Assembly: GCF_001194135.2 (NCBI RefSeq)
Contig: NC_069001.1
Span: 27,468,409 to 27,532,408 of the forward strand
Direction: 5' to 3'
Length of the DNA: 64,000 nucleotides
Source: Octopus bimaculoides
Lineage: Eukaryota
Shown here: piece by piece, positions 23,707 through 35,872 of the stretch
Layout: each line of letters begins with the position of its first letter
Position numbering within the stretch: the stretch's first letter is position 1
Program-made: the position numbers and the translations under genes
The notes under the pieces: model-generated
Databases searched by the model: none
What the model saw: the letters and a program-made list of their open reading frames with translations, nothing else
What the model was told of the DNA's origin: nothing

Positions 23707-23922
23707 AAATAATCTTTTCCACTATAGACACAAGACCTGAAAGCTTGGGGGAGGACGCTAGTCGATTACATCGACGCGAATACTCAACTGGTACTTAATT
23801 TATCGACCCCGAAACGATGAAAAGCAAATTCGACCTCAGCTGAATTTGAACTCAGAACATAACGACGGGCGAAATACCGTTTAGCATTCCGTACAGTATG
23901 CTAACGATTCTGCTAGCTCACT
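23707..23922 (-). mobile_element. SINE family A
   Basis: tactcaactggtacttaatttatcgacccc...gaatttgaactcagaac...ctaacgattctgctagctcac. Confidence 0.9.
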
Positions 23923-24038
23923 GGTTTTCATTAAAAGAAATAAATTAGTGATGGTGATACAGTGTTCTCGCGGCATATCACGGTTCACCTATTGCGGTTT
24001 ACTTTTTGTAATAAAATAAATATATACAATATATCCGA

Positions 24039-25131
24039 ATGACAATGATAATGCATGGTGCCTCCCGACCTAACGCAAATATACACAGGTTCTACATGAA
24101 GAAAGGTAAGGGTGGACGTGGGCTGATTAGCGGACGAGTGTGCATCAACAGTAAAAGAAGAAACATGTCAGAATATTTGGTAAACAGCAAAGAAGACCCG
24201 CTACAGTATGCTGCTACTCCAGAAGGAGTTAACAAAAATGGACTTGAGAATACTCACGAATTCCAAAGAAGAACAGCCAACGAAAGAGAAGAAACCCTAC
24301 TCCACACGGAATTACATTGGCAGTTTCCCCGAGAAACCAACAAATTATAAGACCAGGGAGTAGCGTCATGGAGGTGACTGTAGAAGGGGACCTAAAAAAG
24401 AATACTAAAAGCATTAGACCCCTGCAGAATGTGTAGGAAGAGGATCGAAAGTGTGACTCATATTGTTAGTGCTTGTGAAAATCTTGCGCAGAAAGAGTAC
24501 AAGCGTAGAGACAACAAAGTAGCCCAAAACCTCCACTGGCTACTATGCCGTAAGTATGGATATGATTTTACAAGTGCTTGGACCCCACATACATCGGAAA
24601 AGGTAATGGACGAAAAGGGGGAGGCAAAAACCTCTGGGACTTTGATTTCCAGATAGACAAAGCGTTAGAGCATCGAAGGCCGGATAGAGTAACCTTTAGG
24701 AGAGACAAACAAGAGTGCCTAATAAGCGACGTGGCAGTGTCAAGAGATCGACATACCATTATGAAAGAAGGAGAAAAAGTTGATAAATATGGAGAACTGA
24801 GAATTTAGATCGCTAAGATGTGGCAGCTACGAGAGTCGAATATAAAGTTTATCCCTATCGTCATCGGAGCATTGGGTTCAATATCACCCAATCTGAAAAC
24901 AAATATCTGAAAACATTATAGATACCCTACAATCTTAATGTATTGAAAAAGTTAGCATTGCTTAGAATTGCACGCATATTGTTTACTGTACTTTCTGTCT
25001 GAGCTACTTGTTGTGACTTGACAAACAGTAAAAACACCCAGAAGATACAATATCTTCAATCAACAACCTCATGATATAGTATACTGTACGACGTCTATAA
25101 TAATAATAATAGTAACAACAACAACAACAAC
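24039..25131 (+). mobile_element. R4/Dong-type non-LTR retrotransposon 3' fragment (RLE endonuclease), decayed
   Basis: MHGA..PNANIHRFYMKKGKGGRGL; CCHC knuckle CRMC...ESVTHIVSACENLAQKEYKRRDNKVA; RLE motifs LWDF.FQIDK.LEHRRPD...ISDVAV...EKVDKYGEL and IPIVIGALG. Stop at about 25000, then a 3' UTR ending in (TAA)n(CAA)n at 25098-25131. Confidence 0.92.
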
Positions 25132-26010
25132 AGGAATATGTAACAACAAATAACATGATTGACTTGTGATAGATCTTCGGCTTAGTCATTCTACCTGGTA
25201 GAATTATCAGATCAATACCGTTAGACCAACACTTTACCATCACACAAAAAATGAAAGAAACATTTGATAATATAGTACTGCATATATTATCTGAAAATGA
25301 ATTAGGATGGCTACAGGTGGAAAGCTGTTACACATGTCTGCTTTATGTTAGCCTATTTGGGTCTAAACACACATAAATGAACAACAAATTACATAGAGAA
25401 TAATCGTCTCCATTAAGAATAAAAAGTATAAAGAAAACAGAAACGGACTGACACCTTATTCATTGTTAACGGTAATTTTATTGTATTTTGTCTCCTGTAA
25501 ATTCTGTACTGCTACCGGTTGCATTAATTTATGACGTGACTTCGAGCGTAAACACATTAATGGAGGAAAAATTAAATGAACACTCAACACCTACAGCCCA
25601 AACGATGTACGATAAATACAATGCGATAAATAGTTTTAGCAAAAATGTCTTGTCACCAGACAAATAAACTGGTACCTGATAAAAATGATGACAATTCAAA
25701 TAAATAGATTTCATACTACAAAACTGCAAAGAAAGTATGAAAAGAAAAAAAAGCATAAAAAGTGTGGGGACTGTTATGTTTCCATGTAATACGGATATTG
25801 TAAAACTTCACTCTGTGCTTAATACATATACAAGTCAATGTTATATGTTAACATAGATAGGAGCATTAATGGGTATTGATGTAGTCAGCAGTTGAACACT
25901 GAATAGAATAAAGAAATATAAAGAATTGTCTACTTAGTGATTATAGATGCAAGAAGAAGCAACCAGATTCCTCTTAAGAGATACTGTATCTTCTTAAACA
26001 AAACGAAGAA

Positions 26011-26440
26011 GTAGCTGCGTGGTAAGAAGCTTGATTCACAGTCACATGGTTCCTAGTCCAATCCCACTGCATGCCTCACAAGGCAAATGTCTTCTTGGCG
26101 ACCGAGAAGACACCTCAGGCCGACCAAAGCCTTCTGGATGGATTTCATAGGTGGAAACTGGAAGAAGCTGGTGGTGGTGTGTGTGTGTGTATATATATAT
26201 ATATATGTATATATAGATATATATATATATATGTGTGTGTGTGGTTGCTTGTGTGTGTGTGTGTGTCTGTGTTCGTCTACCACCACCGCTTCACAATCTG
26301 TATTGGTGTTCCTATGTTCCCGTAATTAGTGATAGAATAAGTACAAGCTTTTGAAGGAAATAAGTGCTGGGATCGAATCATTCGACTGAAGGCGGGTTCC
26401 AGTATACCGCAGTTTAATGACTGAAGAAATAAAAAAGACA
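26011..26440 (+). mobile_element. SINE family D, full length with internal microsatellite
   Basis: Head gtggtaagaagcttg...; internal (TG)/(TA) at about 26177-26268; 3' part tccccgtaa...gaataagtac...tcgact. Confidence 0.85.
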
Positions 26441-29094
26441 AAAAAAACATAGGACAGTTTCTATGATTTTTTGATATATTCTTATCTATTTTTATCAAGC
26501 TGAGTGTAACAACAGAAGTTTAACTGAATTTGAGAGTAGTAATTTTTTATGAGTAATTGTAAAATTAATAAAAAGAATATGGGGATAAATCATACCCCAC
26601 TGCACAAATGGCGTTTTAGTATCCCGCCGATCGAACAGACGGTTTACTGAATTTGAGGGCAGTAGTTTTGGCTGTATTCACAAACTTTATATAGACATCT
26701 AATCCGTACTAAACGGCATTGGAATGCAAATTAATATTCATTTATTTTAAGGTTTGGTCATGGTAGAGAGGCCATATTGTTGGGGACTTTTATGTATGTT
26801 TGGAGTACAATTCGACTACAAGATCTACAGTTTGAGTTTCATTTCAAAATGTTTTATCGTCAATTCCATTGAAAGAATATTTTACCGTACAGAACGGGTC
26901 GCAATATAAGCTGATACAACAACTGCTGTGGACAAGTAATGTTATTCAAAGATATCTATTTATATATCAATGTCTGTATGTTTATCTATCTATCTATATA
27001 TATCTATCTATCTATCTATCTGTGTGTCTGTCTTTTTGTTTAGAAAGAAAGAGAGAGAGACGTGTGAGAATTAGAATAATAAACAGAGATTACGAGCTGT
27101 CAGGATTCACGCATTTTCCATGTATAACATTATTCTGCTGAATACGCTCCCTCATGGATCTGAGCAGTAGGATCGACCTTGGAATCATGTGATTTCATTA
27201 CGAATATATCAAACCATACTCGCACGCATAGCTCCTATGAATTACCCTCCCCGCCCTACAAAAGTTTAAAGTGAAAATATATGATGATAAATCATACAAA
27301 AATCTCAAAAACCTCATAAAAATTCCTGGATGCACAAAAGAAGAGATTCTATTAAATTCGTAAAATTTAAAGTCTTGGAAACCTCAAAACAGAAGATTGT
27401 ATTTCAAGTGCGATATAAAATCTTGTCAAATTAATGAAACATAAAATCTGAATTATTGGCGTCCTGAAATGAAAAAAAAAACGGTATAAAAAGTTGAAAA
27501 GGGTTCATGATATATGTTGAATAGGCATAAGGGAGATATCTAAAGCAATCCCAAACTAAGATGAATCCAGGAAATAAGCAATATGATCTAAATAATTATC
27601 CAATAGCAAGATGTCGACTAAAACATGAAAAATAGTAAAATGTTGAATACATTTTGTTACAAGTATTCATCCAAAAAGTTCTTGGGAAGATGATGTGACG
27701 AATTGCTGAGAAAAAAAAATTCAACGGTTGAATTAATTCAGGAACTACAAAAATCTTTCCTCTGTGGCATACAATAGTTGTTTGTTGTATACTTCGTACA
27801 TTTTTATTTTCACATCAATCTTCTTGCTAATTCTAAATATTCACTTAGTAAAAAAAAAAAAAAAACCCAAAACGAAACAACATACTTAAGGAAAAACAGA
27901 TATAATGTTGCTAGGCTTATATACATGTAAAGATCAATTACCGATCAATAATTGAATGCTGTAAAGGAAGAAGTATAAAAGACAGAACATTTCATGTAAT
28001 GATTTCTTCAAGGCTTTTGACAGCTATTTTTTTCTCATTTGTGTATCTTTGAAACAGTAGCCATGAGAAAAGTAGCAGCAATAAACTACAGGCACTTCAA
28101 ATATGCCATTGAGTAAATGGAAGACACTTGTACAGATCCAAACAATGGAAAGAATACTAAAAGCATAAACATTTCCTACGCAATGACGAATAATCCAGTA
28201 GGACTTTTTCCATCTCTTCATCTCTCTCTCTTTCATTCTATCACATTTCTCTTGTTCTTCATTGAGATTTTTAATCGACATGCCATCCTGGATGTATAGT
28301 TAGATGCTGCGGATTGTCAATCTGTCATTTCCAGTATTTGGATTATGTCATTACGGATGCTGGGAACGATAAAAACTGGACACATTCTTAAATACGATAT
28401 ATACATCCAGTGGGGACATTGGCGTGAAATACTATTTAGAAACATGCGGCAAGACCATCTTATAGAAGAAAACATTTCAATAAAATCACTAATATAATTT
28501 AAAATAAGATTATGGATGAGACAAGCTGTCAAATACTTAGGTATAACTTATGCACACAATGTAGAAAACACCCTCAGCCCCGTCTCACACACAGAGAAAG
28601 TTTTGGAATGAGATATTATATTATTCGTCAGAATGGTAAAAAAAATGATAAATTGCTATAAATAATGTTATTAGAAACCTCATTGAAGGTGTTCTAGTAA
28701 TAATTTACAATTACAATAGAATCAATTATTATAATGTATAGGTATTAAACTAAAAAATATTACACAAAGCAACAAATTTCAATATTTTGTTTGTTACGGA
28801 CATGTGAAATACAGTTTCCGACAAAATCTGTGCTGCTGAATTCAGATCTGATTACCAAATTTCCTTCAGACATCCAGATTTAATGGTGATCACTTTTTCG
28901 CCTTTTATTTCTATTTCTTTCCAGTATGTAAACAGACTTTGTTACTTTTCTGTGCGATGTTTTATTCTAGTTACGCTTCAAAAAATTTAAAGTTGGTATT
29001 CCTCCCATTTTCTAGCTTTTCTAAAAGAATAGATTTTATACACTAAAGTTACAGCCATATGGTCATTCATGCTGCAATAACACATACACATTAC

Positions 29095-29317
29095 ATTATT
29101 TACATTTGACGGACATTTGTCCTCATCTGGTTTGCTGTTAACGTTTCGGCTGATAAAGCCTTCATCAGGACTCTTGGGGAAATTTCGAACCTGGGTTCTC
29201 ATTCCTCAGGTATTTTTCGATGTTATTATTATTATTCAGGTCACTGCGTGGAATCGAACTAGGAATCTTGGGGTTAGTAGCCCGCGCTCTTAACCACTTC
29301 ACCATATGCTCGTGGGC
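29095..29317 (-). mobile_element. tRNA-Ser-like Pol III head joined to a hammerhead core (SINE/PLE-like element)
   Basis: Minus strand: tggtgaagtggttaagagcgcgggCTACTAAccccaag...agttcgattcc (A box, Ser-like anticodon loop, B box), then (AAT)n, then CUGAUGA-A-GGCU-UUAUC-AGCC-GAAACGU at 29168-29141. Confidence 0.7.
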
Positions 29318-29428
29318 TTAGTGGCATAGTGGCAACTTCCCGTGCGTTAAACTAATACATGTTTGTGTTGTTTACACACTCGTCTTCGTCTTTTGATTTT
29401 TTGTTTGTAAATACTCACTATATATATA

Positions 29429-29454
29429 NNNNNNNNNNNNNNNNNNNNNNNNNN
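29429..29454. other. Assembly gap (N)
   Basis: Run of N preceded by (TA)n. Confidence 1.
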
Positions 29455-30088
29455 TCAATGTGTGTGTATGTATATATATGTATATGGAGTTGAACGCAGA
29501 TGTTATTCAAATGATTTTACTTCTGACACATTTTTGCTACCATGGTAACTATTTATCTATTCTTTCCCTGTTAATTGTTAACAAGGGAACAATACACACA
29601 TCTATATATATATATGACCGAATCACATTTTTGGATTCCTACGTTTCCCCAAAAGTAGTAATACTTGACTAGTTTTATCTTTGAAACAATAGATATGTTT
29701 ACTGCTGTATGGGTGTATGTTTGTCTAAGGATGGTGCAGCAGCTGTCTGGCTAATATACACAAGCGTGTGATTTTCATGCTTTTGTGAATTACCTATTGG
29801 AATCTAAGAAATTGTTTTACTATGTCATGTAAAAGAACAGAAGATACTGATTTTCTTGTATGCCTAAAATAAGAGAAAAATCCAGATATCTCCAATTAGA
29901 GTGAGTCATATTTCTCCTTCGGATGAATAGTAGCTGTGCCAATATTTTCCTCCCCACGATTATGCCTACGAAAAGATTTCTCTCTCTCACGATCTCACTC
30001 GCTATCTCTCTCTTTCTCTCTTCCTCCCTTTGTCTCTAAAAAATGACAAGAACAAAAGAAACATGATTATGACATCCGACTGTGTATA

Positions 30089-30289
30089 TACGAGGCGGTG
30101 CTAAAAAAAACTCCTGGCTTTAAGAGTGTTGAGAAAGGCTGGCTGGTGAACCAAACTTTCGAGTTCTTTTACAGAGCTGCAATAAATCTATGAATCTGAG
30201 AGGGGAATATGTTGAGTAAAATCATAATTAACTGATCCTCCTGTATTTTCTCTTACCCAAAGCCAAGTACATTTCAACACCCTCTTGTA
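30089..30289 (+). mobile_element. Mariner-derived MITE (about 200 bp) with TA ends
   Basis: Left tacgaggcggtgctaaaaaaaactcctggcttt versus right-end reverse complement tacaagagggtgttgaaatgtacttggcttt. Internal NKSMNLRGEYVE* is a mariner C-terminal remnant. Same family as 54578-54782. Confidence 0.8.
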
Positions 30290-30992
30290 TATGTTTACAT
30301 AAAATATTTGTAGACTCACTGCAGCTTTCGAGATGCATGCTTGTAATGTTTCTTGTGAGACTTAGTTGACTGAATGTATACGATGAAAAGACGTCCTTTG
30401 ATGGAATGACAAGTACGTACATAATAGGTGACAGGATATTGAACAGAGATTAGAATATATGTATATGGAGGCAATTTGAATGGATAGGCTCTGTATAATT
30501 ACACATCCAAGGGAGCAAAGACATAATTCACTGTCAATTTATAAATGAAGAAATAGAACATCAGTACTAAGTGGTTTGCATGCACTAGCAGTACGAAAGC
30601 TGACACGAGCAATACTATAGTGACATGGGGTTCTTAATTGATTGTTGCTTTGTGCTGTACTATACCAAGATATGTTATCGATCCACGAATTCACATGGAG
30701 ATCATAATGTACACACACCCTGGCATGCAGTGATAAATTGAAAGGAAGTGTAGGGACGTTTAGAGATGAATGTTCCTTAGTGTCCGTTCTATTTCTGTAC
30801 GACCAAAGATCCTGGTAATGAATGTAATGCTGGACAGAGTGCAACAACCGCAGACCTTCAGCGATTAATATAGTATTGTGTGTCCTATGACGTTATTTGG
30901 AACTAGGGAGCTATTTTTGTGTGAATGAATCCATTATGTATAAGTATACATACATGCTTGCGTATGCATGCATTACACCCACATGCTCGTAT

Positions 30993-31027
<35 letters not shown>

Positions 31028-31824
31028 TATTGTAATTTTGGGATCATATGCTTGCATAGGTTGTGTCATACATGTGTTTATGTGGCAATACTAACGCAGT
31101 TGTATTATCATTCACATAGATAACTAGATATTCGGCTCTTAAGGTGATGTAAATATATATAACTTATACAGATACATATACACAGAGGCCATGCAATCTC
31201 TGCACCAAATGATTCTACGAGCTCTTTCATCAATCATCTATCTCTCCTTGGTTATCTTTCACTCTCTTGCTTCGAATTACCATTATGTCCAGTGCTTTAT
31301 ATTCAGCCACAAACCAGTCAGTTTTCGCAAATATATAAATTCTGGTTACGCAGTGTAAACTTCCTTGGAAGTGCAAAGTTATTTTTGCTTATTTTGTTTG
31401 ATAAAGATCATTGTTTAGAAAAATATATATAAAAATACTTTGGAACAGTTATGGTGTTCCATTACAATTATCTATATTCATTACTGATAAAAGTTTGAAT
31501 ACAAAGATGAAGTCATATATTTTTCGAAATATATAGAGATATAAAGATAAAATAACTTATCTCTTAGATGCTTGCAAATAACAAAGTTAATTAATTCATG
31601 CAATATATGATATATACAAAATATTAAAAAAATAATAATAATTCATCTTTCCTTTACTTATCAACAAAGTTACTGCAAGACACATCAATAGTTTTGCTTT
31701 AACTTATGTCAACTTACAGAAGGCTCATAGTTTTCATTTACGTGACTTACTCAACATTATCATTGTCAGCTAGTTGACTACTGCACCAACAGCCAGCTAA
31801 TCATAATGTCACTGTTGTTGTTGT

Positions 31825-32291
31825 TGGCACTCCGTCGCTTACGACGTCGAGGGTTCCAGTTGATCCGATCAACAGAACAGCCTGCTCGTGAAATTAACGT
31901 GCAAGTGGCTGAGCACTCCACAGACACGTGTACCCGTCGCGTACGACGTCGAAGGTTCCAGTTGATCCGATCAACGGAACAGTCTTCTTGTGAAATTAAC
32001 GTGCAAGTGGCTGAGCACTCCACAGACATGTGTTCTCGGGGATATTCAGCGTGACACAGTGTGACAAGGCTGACCCTTTGAATTACAGGCACAACAGAAA
32101 CAGGAAGTAAGAGTGAGAAAAAGTTGTGGTGGAAGAGTACAGCAGGGTTCACCACCATCCCCTGCCGGAACTTCGTGGAACTTTAGGTGTTTTTGCTCAA
32201 TAAACACTCACAACGCCCGGTCTGGGAATCGAAACCGCGATCCTATGACCGTGAGTCCGCTGCTCTAACCACTGGGCCATTTCGCCCCCAC
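31825..32291 (-). mobile_element. SINE family C with a tandemly duplicated 3' tail and TSD
   Basis: Tail repeated at 31834 and 31936 (102-bp period); (GTT)n end; 9-bp TSD cataatgtc at 31802-31810 and 32295-32303. Confidence 0.92.
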
Positions 32292-32929
32292 TTACATAAT
32301 GTCCCTAATGGTCTTGAAATCAGATACAGAGGATAACATAATAGTGCTATGAAATAATTTGGACGTGGCTGGAATACCTTTGACCATAAGTGCCGCTCAA
32401 TCAGGAGGCCATTGGGTTAAATAGCAACAGCAACAACTGTTTAGCTCTTTACATTCTGCCGACTATAAGACTACATTCATCTGTGTATAATCTGCATATA
32501 GGACATACGTTTCTCGTATAAACTCATTATTGTACATGATACGCATTATAGAATTCCACAAGTTTTATTTACTTCTTTTGTAAAAGCAGCATTGTCAATA
32601 AAGTTTATACACAAATGATATTCATCATACGTATTAGGGAAATTGGAGAATGATTTTATGTTCTTGGGAATAATAAAATGGCGATTATATCTCTGTTAAC
32701 GCGGAGATATATAAAACTTTGAAACGTATTTGACACATTGAGTGAAAATTGATTTGAGGTCATATATCTAATGAAAGTTGCTTTTTGTTTTAATATCAAA
32801 TCTGGTATGGATTTCAAATATTTAAGAATCGTAAATATTGTTCAACGCATCATTTTATATTTTATTTATTGGTTTGGTGTGAAAAATGGGGCTGTGCTCT
32901 CAGTTTCCACAGGTTTTCCGAGACCTATG

Positions 32930-33620
32930 AGATTGTTGCTGTTAACATATGTAGTTAACAGTTGTTAATGAAACAAAGTTAGACGCATTGTTATCCAGAG
33001 AATGTTTCTAGAGCATCACATGTACAGGGGGAAATAATTTAGCGTAGGATTTAATGGGAAAATTGGAAAATTGGTGTGCGAGGAAGAGATCAAAAGAGCG
33101 TGTCAGGAGTCATTGAGGAGAAGTGGTAAAAAATCAGTAAGCTCCAAGGAAGAGAAGCAACTATGGTATCGATATTTACACTGTCACTTTCGTAAAGCAG
33201 AGCTTGTTGTTAGGTTAGGGGTTGATTTCGGATAAACAATCGAATTCACAGCATTTTGAATGCGATCTGCTGTATATGTATAAGTATGAGGAATGATATT
33301 CGTCTAAATGTAGCTGTCCAGTGTCCGTAATATCTGGTGTTTTGGGAGGATTATTGGACGTAGAGAGTACGTAGGTTTTTGTGATCTATAGATGAATGTC
33401 GGTTGCGAGATCATGTAGTTTTTACTGAGTTGGGGATGTGGATTTGTCGGAACTAATTGTCAGTTTGTCAACGATACTGAGGTCTGTAATTTAAAATGGA
33501 TAATATACAAATGGTGGAAGACATGATGGAGTTGAAAGACATGCTTTGGATAACAATTCCTATTTTGTATAATTTTGAAAACGGGTAGACTACGTGGAAA
33601 CCTATTGAAATTACCTCTTC
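32930..33620 (-). mobile_element. Highly decayed L2/CR1-group LINE 3' fragment
   Basis: Minus-strand pieces LRPII..., ADRIQNAVNSIV.P....TTSSALRK...YRYH..FSSLEL...LP and a later ILW loosely follow the L2/CR1 post-RT tail. Many stops. Confidence 0.4.
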
Positions 33621-33917
33621 CAGAGCTGCATGGTTGAGAAATGAAGTAAATTAATTTTTTTTTAATTAACGAAAATGAAAGGTGGAGATGAAATATTAAG
33701 TCGAATATTTTAGGATGTCTGTTATTTTAAAACATAACATTTTCCAATTGCTAATAATGCTGGTCCTTAGTAGGTACTGCGCTCAATATTAGGGTATAGA
33801 TTTATAAAATTTAATTAAAATAATGCAGGGTGAGAATGACATATTAAGTTGAATATGTTAAGATGTGTATTATTTCAGAATACAGTATTTCGTCGGTTAA
33901 TAATACGGGTCCTTCGT

Positions 33918-33995
33918 AGAGTACAGTAATTGGAAACCAGTAATAGAGTACAGTAGCTGGGAACCAGTAAAAGAGTACAGTAGCTGGGAACCAGT
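33918..33995. repeat. Three-copy 27-bp minisatellite
   Basis: agagtacagtagctgggaaccagtaaa units at 33918, 33945 and 33972. Confidence 0.95.
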
Positions 33996-35032
33996 GTGGG
34001 GTCTATATATAAAAAAAGAATTCAATACATCATCGATAAAAATAGCAAAGCGGTAATAGTTATAAGATGTTACGAAAATTAGGAATAAAAAAGAATGATT
34101 TCAAGATAAAGTGACAATGAATAGATGACGGTGAAACATATTAAAAGTCGAATATTCGAAGTCTCGAATGGTTTCTGATGGGTCATTGGACTTAAATGGG
34201 GATTAAATGAGGAGAATAAACGTTATTAAATTTGATATTTAATGATTGAAAAACGGTTGCTAATTTGAGATGCGTGTAATGTGTTACGTTGAGGCAGTGT
34301 AAAGCAACGTTCATATGACATAAGTAAGGTATTTATTAGATTAATATTGAGAATTAAGTTAATAGTAAATGGGAATAACTATAAAATAAATTGAGATGGG
34401 TCTAAAATATATAGGGAAATTATCTATAAAACGATACTGAAATGTTCCATTAATTTTAAATGTAGTTGGATTCTAACTCATTTATATACACCGACGTGGG
34501 AGGAAAAAATACAAAGTTATAGGTTATAAAGAACTGAAATTACTATTGGATATGACAAATTGAAATTGAACTAAAATTGTGTGCGAGATAGAATGATTTA
34601 AAATCTTATATGCCAATGGGATATAACAAAACTAAAAATGAATTATGCTGCCGTGGCTGGATGGAGATATTGTAAGAAATTAGATAAAAGTTGAGGAAAA
34701 TATTAAATTTTTCTGAAAGAAAAAACGGTATGAATAATCGAAGCACTTAATTTGCGGTTATGTGTAAATACTGAGAGAACCAGGTATCATCTAGTAAGAA
34801 AATATTTCAAATATGTCAAGGAACCTCAAGATAAGCAATGTTAGTTAATGATGTGGATAATTAGTTAAAACAGAAGCTGCAGGGCGATCGTATATGAGCA
34901 AATTAATATTTTTATGATTAAGGATTATGTAGCGCCAATAAAAACTGGAGTAGATGTTTTGTATTGTTATAATAGTTTCAGTTGTAGGACTGCGGCCATG
35001 CTGGAGAACCGTGTTAAATATGTATATATATA

Positions 35033-35265
35033 GGGCGGTGAGCTGGCAAAAGGGAGACTAGCTGGCAGAATCGTTAGCACACCGGGCGAAATGCTTCGCG
35101 GTAATTTGTCTGCGGTTAGGTTCTGGGCTCACATTCCGCCGAGGTTGACTTTGCCTCTCATCCCTTCGCGGTCGATTAAATAAGTACCAGTTATGCACTA
35201 GGGTCGATGTAATCGACCTAATCCCTTTGTCTTGTCCTTGTTTGTCCCCTCCATCTTTAGCCCCC
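35033..35265 (+). mobile_element. SINE family A (cluster copy 1)
   Basis: Head, core and tail taatccctttgtcttgtccttgtttgtcccc; short head duplication (agctggca twice). Confidence 0.9.
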
Positions 35266-35446
35266 TGTATATATATATATAAAGAGAGAGACAAAGAAAG
35301 AGAGAAATATTGATAGATATGTGTTTATATAAAGAGAGCGTGTAGCGTCAGTATCTTTGTTGTTGTCATTATCTTTCTTATCTTTGTTGTTGTTTTCGAC
35401 AGTGCTGTTAATCTTGTTGCTGTTCATATCATCACTATTGTTATAA

Positions 35447-35678
35447 GGCGGCGAGCTGGCAGAACCGTTAGCGCGCCGGGCGAAATGCTTAACAGTATTT
35501 CGTCTGTCTTTACGTTCTGAGTTCAAATTCCGCCGAGGTCGACTTTGCCTTTCATCCTTTCGGGGTCGATAAATTAAGTACCAGTTTCACACTGGGGTCG
35601 ATGTAATCGACTTAATCCCTTTGTCTGTCCTTGTTTGTCCCCTCTATGCCTAGTCCCTTGTGGGCAATAAAGAAATAA
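35447..35678 (+). mobile_element. SINE family A (cluster copy 2, near-consensus)
   Basis: ggcggcgagctggcagaaccgttagc...gagttcaaattccgccgaggtcgactttgcctttcatcctttcggggtcgataaattaagtaccag...gcaataaagaaataag. Confidence 0.95.
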
Positions 35679-35872
35679 GAATCGTTAGCACGCCGGTCGA
35701 AACACTTAGCGGTATTTCGTCTGCGCTACGTTCTGAGTTCAAATTCCGCAGTGGTCGATTTTTACCTTTCTTTCTTTCGGTTTCGATTGAATAAGTATCA
35801 GTTACGCACTGGGGTCGATGTAATCGACTTAATACCTTCCCCCAAATTTGAGCTTCGGGCTTCCAGTTGAAA
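35679..35872 (+). mobile_element. SINE family A (cluster copy 3, 5'-clipped, abutting copy 2)
   Basis: Starts at gaatcgttagcacgcc directly after the tail of copy 2. Confidence 0.9.

Noticed and set aside
29240-29317. A genuine tRNA-Ser gene
   Set aside because: The acceptor and anticodon stems pair poorly, there is no long variable arm, and it is embedded in a repeat; it is a tRNA-derived head.
33918-33995. Short repeat arrays (here, and 1584-1644, 38508-38540, 40479-40523, 48854-48914) as CRISPR-like
   Set aside because: The units are directly adjacent with no unique spacers, there are no cas genes, and the context is eukaryotic; these are ordinary minisatellites or small duplications.
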